Position numbers and translations under genes: made by a program. The notes below the pieces were generated by a model that saw only the letters and a list, made by a program, of their open reading frames with translations, was not told the origin of the DNA and ran no database searches. DNA of 64,000 bases, from assembly GCF_964194025.1 (NCBI RefSeq), contig NC_134478.1:20956001-21020000 (forward strand), given 5' to 3'. Below, piece by piece: positions 52,361 to 64,000 of the stretch; within the stretch, counting starts at the first letter, position 1, and every line of letters begins with the position of its first letter. This stretch comes from Convolutriloba macropyga. Lineage: Eukaryota.

Positions 52361-52494
52361 TTTAAAAAATTATTTCAAGTTAAACCTAGGACGACTCAAA
52401 AATACTACCAAATCTTTTCAAAATTATCGCTTTAGATGAGAAAAAATTTCAAATTTGAAGAAAAGATAACACGAGCAAAATAGATCACAGACAA

Positions 52495-52945
52495 CCCAGG
52501 TTGAGGTGTGCGCTCGAAATCGCCCTAGTCTACACCATTTCGAACGCAAACCTGTCCATTGTGAGCTCGAAATTACAGGGCATATCGAGTGCACGAGCTT
52601 ACTCGAGTTTTATCAGAGGCGGAATCGAGCGCACTTGAGTCTGATCAGAAGCAAAATCGAGCGCACTTGAGTCTGATCAGAAGCAAAATCGAGCGCACTT
52701 GAGTCTGATCAGAAGCAAAATCGAGCGCACTTGAGTCTGATCAGAGGCGGAATCGAGTGCACTTGAGTCTGATCAGAGGCGGAATCGAGCGCACTTGAGT
52801 TTGTTCATAAATGTTTCAAGTCTGATCTTAAACGTTTCGAGCACAACTGGGTCTGAACATAAACGGCTCAAGCGCAAGATAGTCGATAATCCGGCGATCC
52901 AAGTTTTTCGATGATAGGACATTTCGAGCGCTGAGAACGCGCAGC
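52495..52945. mobile_element. CCC-ended MITE-like element carrying a minisatellite
   Basis: Left end CCCAGGTTGAGGTGT resembles the 48811 TIR; GCGCTCGAAAT / ATTTCGAGCGC inverted pair; right end decayed. Confidence 0.45.
52612..52800. repeat. 32-bp minisatellite, ~6 copies
   Basis: AATCGAGCGCACTTGAGTCTGATCAGA(AGCAA/GGCGG) at 52623, 52655, 52687, 52719, 52751, 52783. Confidence 0.95.
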
Positions 52946-54705
52946 AGATTCTAAAATTTAACAGCATATGCAACCAAACAACAATGAAATTTTTCTCCTC
53001 ATTAACAATTGAATCTCTACATTCCGACAGTGCACTTACACGATAAGAGAATGTTTCTCCACAACAGGAAAATGAACACTTCGTATGAGAGATATAGACC
53101 ACAATCACCTCCAAACAAGAGAAACGGATGATTTGTAGCCGTCTGATAGACCCTCACTGTGATGCAAAATCTTCTCCAGAAGCGTTTGCTGCTTGCCTCG
53201 CTCCTGATCCTACCCTTTTGTCTATGCATCAGCGCAAAAAAATTTAATTTAGTTTTCCCTTTTTATACTATTTTCCTAATAAAAAACAATTGATCTGTTG
53301 AGCAGAGATTTTTACTGTCATTATTGTAACAATTCGCCTGCAGTATTTTACAATGTCGGTTAGTCCTTTCCAGTTAGATAAACTTGCTTCACGCGCAGAA
53401 ATAATCAGCGCTCTCTACAGAAATTTTAGATTGTAAAACGTGCTCATATGGTGCTACCTGCAATAGACAATCTTTGGGAAAACAAAAAATTGTGTTTCAT
53501 AATAATGTAGACAGTTTTTACTACTTTCTTGAAAAAACTTTCTTACACCTGATTTTGTAGATGTTTTGAAAAGCTGTAAACTTATATTTGAGAAAAAGTA
53601 GATATTAAAAGTTTAATTGTTTTTGATTTTATGGAAATTGTGATTACCTTGAAAAAAGATTAAAAGTAATATGTAAAAAACACATGAGACCTTTTGGTAA
53701 AAATTGAAAACTTATTTTCTGTCGCTTATATTTCCTGTATCATTGTTCCCTCCAGTTTTTCTCACTATTTCTCAACATCCTCAAATTAAGAAAGAAATCG
53801 TGACATTCTAGATTTCATTTTCAGATATTCAAATAAAAAGGTAACAAAGTTTGCGGAAATATGTACTGCTTTGGTGTCCTCAATCTCATATTTAATGTCT
53901 TTTCAAAATTCTATTACAGGTTGGCAATTTTTGTCATCCAAGTTTTGTGTTAGAATTTTTCGCAAAACATTGAAATTCACCAGTGTTTCTGATTATTTTT
54001 GTCTTGCATAATTCGAAAAAAAATTGTGAGAAGAGGTTGCATTAACAGAAAAAATCTTCAATTGGCCAGATCACTGGAATGCTAGGAAAATTATGAGCTT
54101 GTTTGAGGTCATTTTAAAATCTGCAAATCACGTAGAGGTATAATTGCATAATATGTAAAACGAGCAACTTCAGTTTTTTGTCGTCCTGCAATACGGTGCC
54201 AAAAACGGTCCTGCAATACGGTTCATTTTTTTTTTAATTTTACAACCCACTTCGGCTTCTTAAATAGCTTACCTGTCACTAAATAGCCATGAAAGAAGAA
54301 CATAGTTTATTTAAGTTGAAGTGTTTTACTTCAGCTAAGCGCGTTTTTGGTCAAGAACGTATTCGCAACGCAATTTTACTCGACATTGCAGGGGAAAATC
54401 ATATGGTGCAGTCATCTTCCCGCTGCAACAAAAATGCTGACTTCCTCATTGACTCATTCCGGGAAAAGCATTCTCGGAACCCTCCGCTTCAATGGGAAAC
54501 ATTAGAAGTTCATTTCAAATTGTGGATGGAAATAGTGTTGCCTACCAAATGGGAACATGAGGAAAGTATTGAGGGCTCCTCAGTACAATCTAAACGGGAA
54601 CGTAAATCATCGAATGCGCAACTCAAGACCAACTGGCAAAACGAGAGATAGATCAATTAATACATTCTCGCAATAAACCTTGAACTCAATGCGACAAACT
54701 GCTTC

Positions 54706-55316
54706 TGTTGGGTTATGGGTTTTCGCAAGCGGTATAAAAATCGTTTTTAACTAAGTCGAAAAAATTAACTCTTCAAAATGAGAGAATAACAAGAATGATA
54801 TTTTAAAGTAGAAATTAGAGATTTACAGGAGAGATCTGATTATTAGAACAAAATGGTGATTTGATTTTGTGGATGAAAAAGGACTCAAAAATCAGCTGTA
54901 TATATGCCCACTATCAGTGTGAAAAAAGTCAAGATACAAGACTAATCTTAGCACCGTGATTTATAGTGGGGGTCGAAAGGGTTACCCAATAAGGTTTGCT
55001 TCTTCAAATCAGTCGCAATGGGAACCATAAATGGAATGCATTTGCACTTTTCTAAGAATTCATTCACACTTCCGGAGATATCATCATCATTTAATACATG
55101 CTGGGAAGATTTTACATCACTTAATCTAACTCTAATAATAGTTATCTAGATTCACCAATTTGAACCGAATATTGATTCTCATTACGATTTCTTGACGATT
55201 CATTTATATAATTTCTTTGATCAAAGTCATATTGCTTGTCTTTCTAATCTGGTAAGTCAAACTTTCTTTCAAATTCTCACTAAGTTTAAGACTATAGTTT
55301 GATTGATATTCTAACA
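54706..55316 (-). repeat. 3' LTR of copia element (611 bp)
   Basis: TGTTGG...CTAACA; preceded on the minus strand by the PPT at 55317-55325. Confidence 0.95.
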
Positions 55317-58300
55317 CCCCCACTCAGACTTGAGCTGATTGCGTAGAGTCTGTTCCCATCAAAACTGCTCTGAATGTTTCCACTTTCGGAACGGGTAAAG
55401 ACTTTGTGAAGATGTCCGCTGCCATTTTGTCTGTAGGAACGAAATGAATTGAAATAGTCCCATACTCCTTCTTGTTCCGAATGAAGTGAAACTTTGTCTC
55501 GATGTGCTTGCTCCTCTTGTGCATGACTGGGTTTTGGCAAAGTCTGATACAACTTTGGTTGTCGTCTCCAATTTCTATTGGATGTTTCTGTTGGATGCCA
55601 AAATCCTCTAGAAGTTGTTTCAGGTAGAGTGTTTCCTGAACTGCTGCTACCATGCCCTGATATTCTGCTTCTGATGAAGAAAGAGCAATTGTGGCCTGCT
55701 TGTTGACACCCTCCTGGGTGCTGCGCAACGTCCGTTGAGCTTGAAGTAATAACCCGTTGTTGATTTTCTGTCGTTCACATCTCCAGACCAGTCTGCATCA
55801 CTTTCCCTCACTAAATCATAACTAGCCTCTTTTGTGTAAGTAAGTTTTAAACTTTTTGAACCTTGAAGATATCGCAGAAGTTGTTTTCCACATAGCCAGT
55901 GTTGATTGGTAGGTGCGTTCATGTGCCTGGACAGAATGTTGACTGTGAACATGATGTCTGGCCTCGTCTGTTTGGCCACATAAAGAAGTAATCCAACCAA
56001 GCTTCTCTAGATCCTCTGGTTCACTTCTTCGTATCCGTTCTGTGCTGTTTGATGTTTCAAATTCAAATCAGCTGGAGTTCTTGAGGTTTTGCATTGATCC
56101 ATTTAAAACCTCTCAAACATTGTTTCTATGTAGCGTCCTTGGTCGACTGTGACTTTGCCCTTCTTGTCTGATTCTTAGGTCCACAAACCAGTGTAGTCTC
56201 CCTCTGTCTTCCATGTGAAATGTTGCTTCTAGTGCCTTCTTGACATCGGAGATCACTGTCATACTTCTTGATGCTACTATGATGTCGTCAACCCAGACCA
56301 AGATTAATGTGTGATCCTCTGCCTCTGATCTGCGAACAAGTGGTGATCGTTCGTTCCTACTTCTGGTGAACCCCTGTCTCAGTAGGAAGTTTTCCAGTTC
56401 TTTGTACCAGTTGTTAGCAGCCTCTTTCAAACCATAAATTGATTTACTTAGTCAACATACTAGTTTCTCTCCATCTGATCCGCGTTTTACAAACTCCTGT
56501 GGCTGTTCCAAATGCACTTCTTCGTCGATTGGTGAGTGCAGGAAAGCAGTCGTGACATCAAATTGGTGAATCACGTGGCCCTGCTACGCTTACAGCTGAA
56601 GTAGAATCTTGAATGTCCCTGGCTTACAGGTAAGCGCAAAGTCTCAAAGAAGTCCAGTCCTTCCACTTGTTTGAAGCATTTCGCCACATAGCGTGCTTTG
56701 TATTTGCCGACTTGGTCCCCAATTTCAATTTGTAGACCCATTTGCCCGGTATGACGTCCCTGTCTGTGGGTGGTCTCACTAGGTCCCAAGTCTCGTTGCG
56801 TTGTCGTTGAGCGCCTTGACCTCGTCATTCATTGCCCGGTACCACTGGTCTTATTTGTCAGCTTGCTTGGCTTTGTAGACTGTTCTGGGTTCCACATAGT
56901 CACCCTCAGTCACAGCAAGATGGGTCCTGACTTCTCCAACAAATTGTGGAACATTCCTTACTCGTGTCCCTCGTCTGGGCTATGCCCTGCCGCTTGCTCA
57001 AGTGCCTCTTCAAAGAAGCCAAATGTCTGTGAGAAGTCCTCGGTTTCACTGTCTTCCAGTGACTCAGAGTCTCTGAGACTCCCTCTTGTTGCAGTAGACT
57101 CTTCATCCTGTGCTGCTTGCTCAACATCTGGGGCATCTCGTCCCAGTGTAGTTTCTTGAGTGTTCAAGCCCACTGCGTCATGCCACTCTTCCTTTATTGC
57201 AGTAGATGTGCCCTGCTCCTCTTTGTTGCCATCGTCTTGATGACCATCATCAGGGTGCCAGATCCCCAGTTATTGTGACCCCTCATCTAGTAGGTCGGGC
57301 GTCTCTGTTTTGTAAGGGATTGAGCCCACTCCGGGTTCCTTGATGATCACATCTCGAACTGCCACAACCTTGCGTGTGTTGGGTACGTAAACCAGGTATC
57401 CGTTGTCTCCCTCAGTGAAACCCACAAACTTTCCTTCCAGTGCCTTGGGTTAAAGTTTGCTGACATCTCTGTCCCGCTTCCTCATGAAGAATGTGCAACC
57501 AAAAATAGATAGTTTACTAATTGAAAGCTTAGGTTTTAAACCTCGCATCAGCTCTGCTGGGAATTTTTCTCCTCGTCTCACAACCAAGTTCTTGATTCTT
57601 GTTGCGTGAAGAATTGCTTCTCCCCACATCATCTTGGGAAGTCCTGAGTCAATGAGCAAACATCTTGCCATCTCCAGCGGTGTCCTGTTGCACTTCTCAG
57701 CTAACCCATTCTGTTGTGGCGTCTCTGGTATGGTCTTCTCCTGTAGAAAGCCTGCATTTAAGCAGTATGTCATGAATTGCTCTGAGAGAAACTCCTTCGC
57801 ATTGTCTTGCCTCAACTTCTTGGGCGTCCCCACACTGAGAACAAATTTCTTCAGGCTGGCCAATGCTTCACTCTTTGCCTTAAGCAATTCCACAAACACA
57901 AACTTCGTGTACTGGTCTGCAAACACTATGCAGAACCGGAACCCTGATAGTGACTCTACTCTGAAGGGTCCCAGCACGTCTGTGAACACCCTCTCCAGCT
58001 TCTCTTCTGCTTGGGTCTCTGCCTCTCTTGGTACTGGAGTCTTTGTGATCTTGGCCAATGCGCACACATTGCATACATCATCGAGTTCCCCAACGGTCTC
58101 TGGTGCATTCCCGACCACATCCGCTTGATTCAAATGACCAAATCGTCTGTGCCACTTCCTTGTACTGTCAAGTTTCACGCTGTTGGAACTCATTTTGAAT
58201 TCTAGAACGCTGCATGGTAAGTAAAACAAATTTTTTTCTTGTGTGAGTTTTACCCGAGTTCCCTTCTGGAGTTTCAGGCAGCTGTTTCCTTTCTCGAAAG

Positions 58301-59606
58301 TCAAGCAATGTCCCCACTCCGTGCATTTTGAGACTGATAGGAGGTTTGAAGAATATTCCGGCACACACAAACATTTTTGAGTTCGCATTGGAACTCCCCT
58401 TTGTTTGAGGTTATGCTGATCCTCGCACAGCCTCTGCCCACCACTCTGGTAGCCTCTCCGTTGAGATTTCTGACCACTGATTGAATGGGCATAAAGTCTA
58501 GGAACGCATCAATGTGCGTCACTATGTGATCTGTACAACCACTGTCCACTAGCATGCCTGCTCTCTTCCACTGGGTAAGAGCTGCCCAGTATTCCTCGTC
58601 TGGTGTAGCCAATGTTGGACCTATTGCCACTGACTCCTGTTTGCCTCCATCTCTTTGTCTCTTGCATGCCCTGTATAGGTGACCTTTCTCACCACACTTG
58701 CTGCATTGTGCTGTCTCCTTCCTCCTGTAGTCTTTGGCAAAGTGTCCAGGGATCCCACACACAAACCAGTTTCCTTTCTTGGGTCCCTTCTTGAAGTCAC
58801 GCTTCACTGCCAGTGCCACTGAACCACTTTGTCCCTTGTGCATTTGTGCGGTGCTGTCATGGAATTTCTGCAGCCTTTTCCTCAACTCTGTGACGTTCGT
58901 TGCCGGGTTAAAGTTTTCCTGTATAACGAAACTTTCATACCTAATTGGCAGACCATTGAGGAACAAGGCGTTGAAGAGGATCTCTGAGACTGCTTCCCCT
59001 GCTTCTTGTAGCCTTGTGAGCAACTCCTGTTCTCTGATGAAGAAGCTATCCAAATCCTCAGCATCCTCGAGCTGCTGTCAAGCAAGCTGTGCCATCAAAA
59101 GTCACCACTGTCGGCGTCTCCACACTCTGAAATCTCTCTTGCAAAAGCTTCCAAGCCTTTACTCCATGTCCGATGCCGTCATCTCCCACACAGTCATGTC
59201 TCATCAGCATGAGGGTTGTTGCACTTAGAGTCAGTGCCATTTGGCACTAGACTTTGTTCGGTTTCTCCTTGATGTTTGCAACTTCCTTCTCTTATGCATC
59301 ATTCAGCACCTTGTGGTTCCTCTTCTTGTCATTGCTCGCCCCATTGGCTCGCTGGGTTGCTCCTCAGTCCCAAGTAGTGATTTGTAGAGTCCCTTCGTCT
59401 GCATCTTTGCCACAAATCTTGTGCTCCAGATTCGAAAATCCTGTGCCTTTCCTGTGTAGGTCAGCAGCTTCACTGTCTGTTGATCCATCGCAGTTTGAGC
59501 AGGCAAAACAGTTGTGAAAAGAAAAGCTAATAAGCAGAAAAAGATTATGACTGTCAACAACAAATTTGTTTTGTTTTAGAAATTATTTTTAAGACTTAGA
59601 AAATTG

Positions 59607-59620
59607 CTGGGCCCATCGCC
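59607..59620 (-). promoter_or_regulatory. Primer binding site (copia-type, half-tRNA-iMet)
   Basis: GGCGATGGGCCCAG immediately after the 5' LTR; 12/14 match to the copia-type PBS GGTTATGGGCCCAG. Confidence 0.75.
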
Positions 59621-60232
59621 TGTTGGGTTATAGGTTTTCGCAAGCGGAATAAAAAGCGTTTTTAAATAAGTAGAAAAAAATTAATTTCTCAAACTGAGAG
59701 ATTAACAAGAATGATATTTTACAGTAGAGTTTAGAGATTTACAGGAGAGATCTGATTATTAGATCAAGCTGGTGATTTGATTTTGGGGATGAAAAAGGAC
59801 TCAAAAATCAGCTGTATATATATACCCATTATTAGTGCGAAAAAGTCAAGATATAAAACTAATCTTAGCACCATGATTTATAGTGGGGGTCGCAAGGGTT
59901 ATCCACTATAGTTTGCTTCTGAAAATCAGTCGCAAAGGGAACCATAAATGGAATGCATTTGCACTTTTCTAAGAATTCATTCACACTTCCGGAGATATCA
60001 TAATCATTTAATACATGCTGGGAATATTTTACATCAATTAATCTAACTCTAATAATAGTTATCTAGAATCATCAGTTTGAACCGAGTATTGATTCACAGC
60101 ACCATTTCTTGAAGATTCATTTATATCAGTATTGGTGACTTGATTCAATTTACCTCTGTCAGATTAATTTGGTAAGTTAAACTTCCTAATAGTACTAAGT
60201 TTAAGTCTTCAACTCGAATCAAAATTCTAACA
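59621..60232 (-). repeat. 5' LTR of copia element (612 bp)
   Basis: TGTTGG...CTAACA; direct repeat of 54706-55316. Confidence 0.95.
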
Positions 60233-62384
60233 GCTTCAGACTGCAGAACCAGCCAATTATATAAAATCATGCTTTAGAGAAACATGGAAGTTGCATAAGT
60301 TTGCCCTCGAACTTAGATCAATATTAATTTTTGATCAATTTGCCTGTTTTATCAGGAAACAGAGGCGTAGGCAAAGTGCAACAAATTTCTTGGGAAATAA
60401 AAGGAACTTGTGGACAGCTGCCAATTGGTGAACGAAAAAGTATTCTCATCAGCGATATTTGCATTCTAAATTTTTATCTACTAAAAGGCAACACAGGTTG
60501 CTCTAGAAAACTGTTTATCCACACCACATGTTAACTATTGTGATTAAAAATGAAAACGAGTGTATTAAATCCACAGCAAAAATTATCCGCTAAGTCCTCG
60601 GCCTCAAAACAAAAGCAATCAATTTGTCACATCTGCGAAACAGCAGCCTCGCTCAGGTGCAAAACGAACAGACTCAACACGACCAACTGTGAGGTCGACA
60701 CTCGTCAAAATATTATAAGGCTTTGTGTTCAGCCGTGGGAAAAACCGTCACAATTTTGGTGTTCAAACCCTCTTTTTGTCGTTATGCCGAAAACCTAATT
60801 CCCAAAATACAAAAAGAAACAATAATCATGGAGTCAAAAATGTCTCCTCCGAAACTCCCTATGAAGACAATTCAGTCAATTGCCGCACGAACGACAATGA
60901 ACACTGCGATACGAACTGCCACAATTCCGATCAAGTTTATATTGCTAAAGTTTCAGATGGAGCTACAAACTAAATTGACCGCTCCATTTAGACTTCGATT
61001 CGAGTGGGTATTAATAAAACTCTGACGGCAGATTCGAGGAGCATGTGCTTCATAAATTAAGCAATCCTATACATCTGATGTTGAGAAACACTGTAACAAT
61101 CCAATATGTTTGAAAAAAAACCTGAAAAAAGAATTTAAGAAAATTTCTAATCAGCTATAAAAATGCCTGACCCGATACAAACTCTAGTAACATGCATCAA
61201 CTGGTACACGGAAGCTGCAATAATAAAAGTTATTTTTGATTGTCAAATATCCCTAATGGTGCTTGATCTGTTTTCTGCTCTTGATCTTTTTTGTCACTCA
61301 AAAGACCAGTTCCGATCAGGATGAAGACGATGTTCGCCTGGACGAATTTGCTACTGAAGAGGAATGATTGAAAGCGGTACGCAGTGACATCTATATCAAA
61401 AATATACATGTGAAGCAATCCAAAACGGCAAGGAGAGGGAAAACGCAGGAAGAGGGCTAACCGTGTTTTATACCGGCCCCTTTTATTGGCCGAATGATCC
61501 CGCGTATCACTGTAAAATTGGCTAACAAAAGAATTTCCGGGAAATGATTCATAGAGATTTTGGAGGGATTGTATACATATTAGTGCCAGGCTCAACTCTG
61601 ATAAGACTTTCACCAAAAAATACTTTAAAAAGAGACCGGTAGTGCAGAAGTTTGAGTCCGCAGCTAAAATATAGCTAATGTGTCGTTTAAGACGAAAGAA
61701 ACACATCAATTGCAGCTTATGCCCCACTAACGAGGGTCTTTTCAGCAGGAAATTACAGACACTGTAACAATAATTCTGCATCACAGCAGACAGATCCAGA
61801 GAAGGAGAGACGGAGAGAGGGAAACACCGAAAACGTTACATTACTAGAACGACACGGGAGTCCATTTTAAAGAACTACCCTAAAATTACAGAATTACTAC
61901 TGAATTTTCAGCACCACCCCATAACTACTTATAATACAGAACAAACAGAACTGTGAATCACTATTTTCGGACGCCAAGGGTATCCCAAAAACTGGAAGAA
62001 CAAGAGGAAACGCAGTTCGCCAAAAGTCTTTTGTTTCAAAAGGAAGTATTTGGGCGATTCATTAGCATTGTGTCCAACCATCCTTCAGGGAGTTGTAACC
62101 CTTGCTGTGCCCACAAATCATTGAAACTTCTTTCACAGTTCCTGTATCTCCAATAGTTCCTCAAATGAGATATGCCTCTGTCACCCACCCGCTTTTGGAA
62201 TCAACAGGCAAAAGCTTTAGGTATGTTTTGGAGGCAGAAAAATGAGAGCAAGAGTCTGATGACTATTTAAAACCAAATCGCAAACAAAATCTCCATAAAC
62301 CAAAGAAACAATTCTAGATCTTTTAAAATTGACGTTTACTTGATTGTTTGATATCGTAACAATTATATTTGTTTTATTTAATAT

Positions 62385-64000
62385 ATATCCAGGAACACAG
62401 ATTAATTTGTGAAAATGATACTAATATTAAATTGCATGGCACGCAATAAATCTTTCATTGAACGCAATAAATTGTCTGGTTAAAATACAAAAAATGTTGT
62501 GTTTCCTTATTTTTTGTTAACATAAAGCTTTACTGTTCATGAATATGACCTTATAGACTGAGCTAATAGCACTTTTGATTGATCTACGCATTTAATTTGA
62601 AAAACTACTTCGTTCCAGAAATGGAAAACTACTTTGTACAAACGAAATCAGGAAACGAATTCAGAAAAAAAACACCGAGTTCTCATTGAAAACAATAAAT
62701 ACTATTTTTAATAGCATAACAGAAATAATACATAACAACGTGTCAACGTAGACAAATCAGATTTGTTTCTAAATTTATAACAACAAACTAAATAAACTAA
62801 GAGAGAAATTTATTTGGATGCAACCAAAATGTACTACGATTAAGGTCTCTCCATTATATCCAGGAATACAGATTAATTTATGCAAATTATAATTATATTA
62901 TATTCCATAGTACACAATAAACCTTTCATTGTACGCAAAAATTGTTAGTTGCGCTCAATATTCATTGAACGCAATAATTGTCTGGCTAAAACACAAAAAG
63001 TGTTGTATTTCCTTTATTTGTTAACATAAAATTTTTTTGTTCATGAGTATGACCTTATAGACTGAGCTAATAGCACTTTTGATTGATCTACGCATTTAAT
63101 TTGAAAAACTACCCTCGTTCCAGAAATGGAAAACTACTTTGTACAAACGAAATCAGGAAACGAATTCAGAAAAAAAACACCGAGTTCTCATTGAAAACAA
63201 TAAATACTATTTTTAATAGCATAACAGAAAAAATACATAACAACGTGTCAACGTAGACAAATCAGATTTGTTTCTAAATTTATAACAACAAACTAAATAA
63301 ACTAAGAGAGAAATTTATTTGGATGCAACCAAAAAGTACTACGATTAAGGTCTCTCCATTATATCCAGGAATACAGATTAATTTATGCAAATTATACATA
63401 TATTGTATTCCATAGTACACAATAAACCTTTCACTGTACGCAAAAATTGTTAGTTGCGCTCAATATTCATTGAACGCAATAAATTGTCTGGCTAAAACAC
63501 AAAGTGTTGTATTTACTTTTTTTTGTTAACATAAAGTTTTATTGTTCATGAATATGACCTTATAGACTGAGCTAATAGCACTTTTGATTGATCTACGCAT
63601 TTAATTTGAAAAACTACTTCGTTCCAGAGATGGAAAACTACTTTGTACAAACGAAATCAGGAAACGAATTCAGAAAAAAAACACCGAGTTCTCATTGAAA
63701 ACAATAAATACTATTTTTAATAGCATAACGGAAATAATACATAACAACGTGTCAACGTAGACAAATCAGATTTGTTTCTAAATTTATAACAACAAACGAA
63801 ATAAACTAAGAGAGAAATTTATTTGGATGCAACCAAAATGTACTACGATTAAGTTCTCTCCATTATATCCAGAAATACAGATTAATTTATGCAAATTATA
63901 CTTATATTATATTCCATAGTACACAATAAACCTTTCATTGTACGCAAAAATTGTTAGTTGCGCTCAATATTCATTGAACGCAATAAATTGTCTGGCTAAA
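62385..64000. repeat. ~505-bp tandem repeat (satellite), continues past window end
   Basis: ATATCCAG.AA.ACAGATTAATTT at 62385, 62856, 63361 and 63865 (periods 471, 505, 504). Confidence 0.96.

Larger units (their letters stand above)
54706..60232 (-). mobile_element. Full-length Ty1/copia LTR retrotransposon (frameshifted)
   Basis: TG...CA LTRs and TSD GCTTC (54701-54705 / 60233-60237). Order gag CCHC - PR (LVDSGCTDH) - IN (HRRFGH, TDVLGP, QDNAKEF, QNGLAE) - RT (KARYVAK, WVDD) - RNase H (SDADWSG, EAEY, ADIFTK). PPT GAGTGGGGG. Confidence 0.97.

Noticed and set aside
52612-52800. 32-bp repeats as a CRISPR array
   Set aside because: Units are head-to-tail with no unique spacers, there are no cas genes, and the context is eukaryotic.
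56770-59517. Plus-strand ORFs of 87-164 aa
   Set aside because: Antisense shadows of the copia gag-pol frames.
61230-61784. 184-aa minus-strand ORF as a gene
   Set aside because: No recognisable motif or splice context; probably a shadow frame.

Overview
AT-rich, intron-containing eukaryotic (invertebrate-like) DNA dominated by decayed transposable elements. One intact host gene can be built by eye: a 3-exon translocon-associated protein alpha gene (SSR1/TRAP-alpha, minus strand, 20116-19832, 11639-11201, 9330-9194; 286 aa, canonical GT-AG junctions with matching phases). A second, disrupted minus-strand locus (~48.2-53.2 kb) encodes tandem trypsin-like serine protease domains; its GDSGGP-bearing frame is absent from the ORF track. 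The rest is TEs and repeats: the 3' end of a Ty3/gypsy element, nested Helentron-like non-autonomous elements, several CR1/L2-type LINEs with PHD-bearing ORF1, CRE-like and Penelope-like relics, CCC-ended CACTA-like MITEs, a full-length Ty1/copia element with 5-bp TSD, local tandem duplications and the start of a ~505-bp satellite. Most notable: a PHD-like finger inside the RT domain of a Penelope-like element, covarying subterminal repeats in the nested elements, and mosaic copia LTRs. All calls are by-eye motif recognition; no searches were run.
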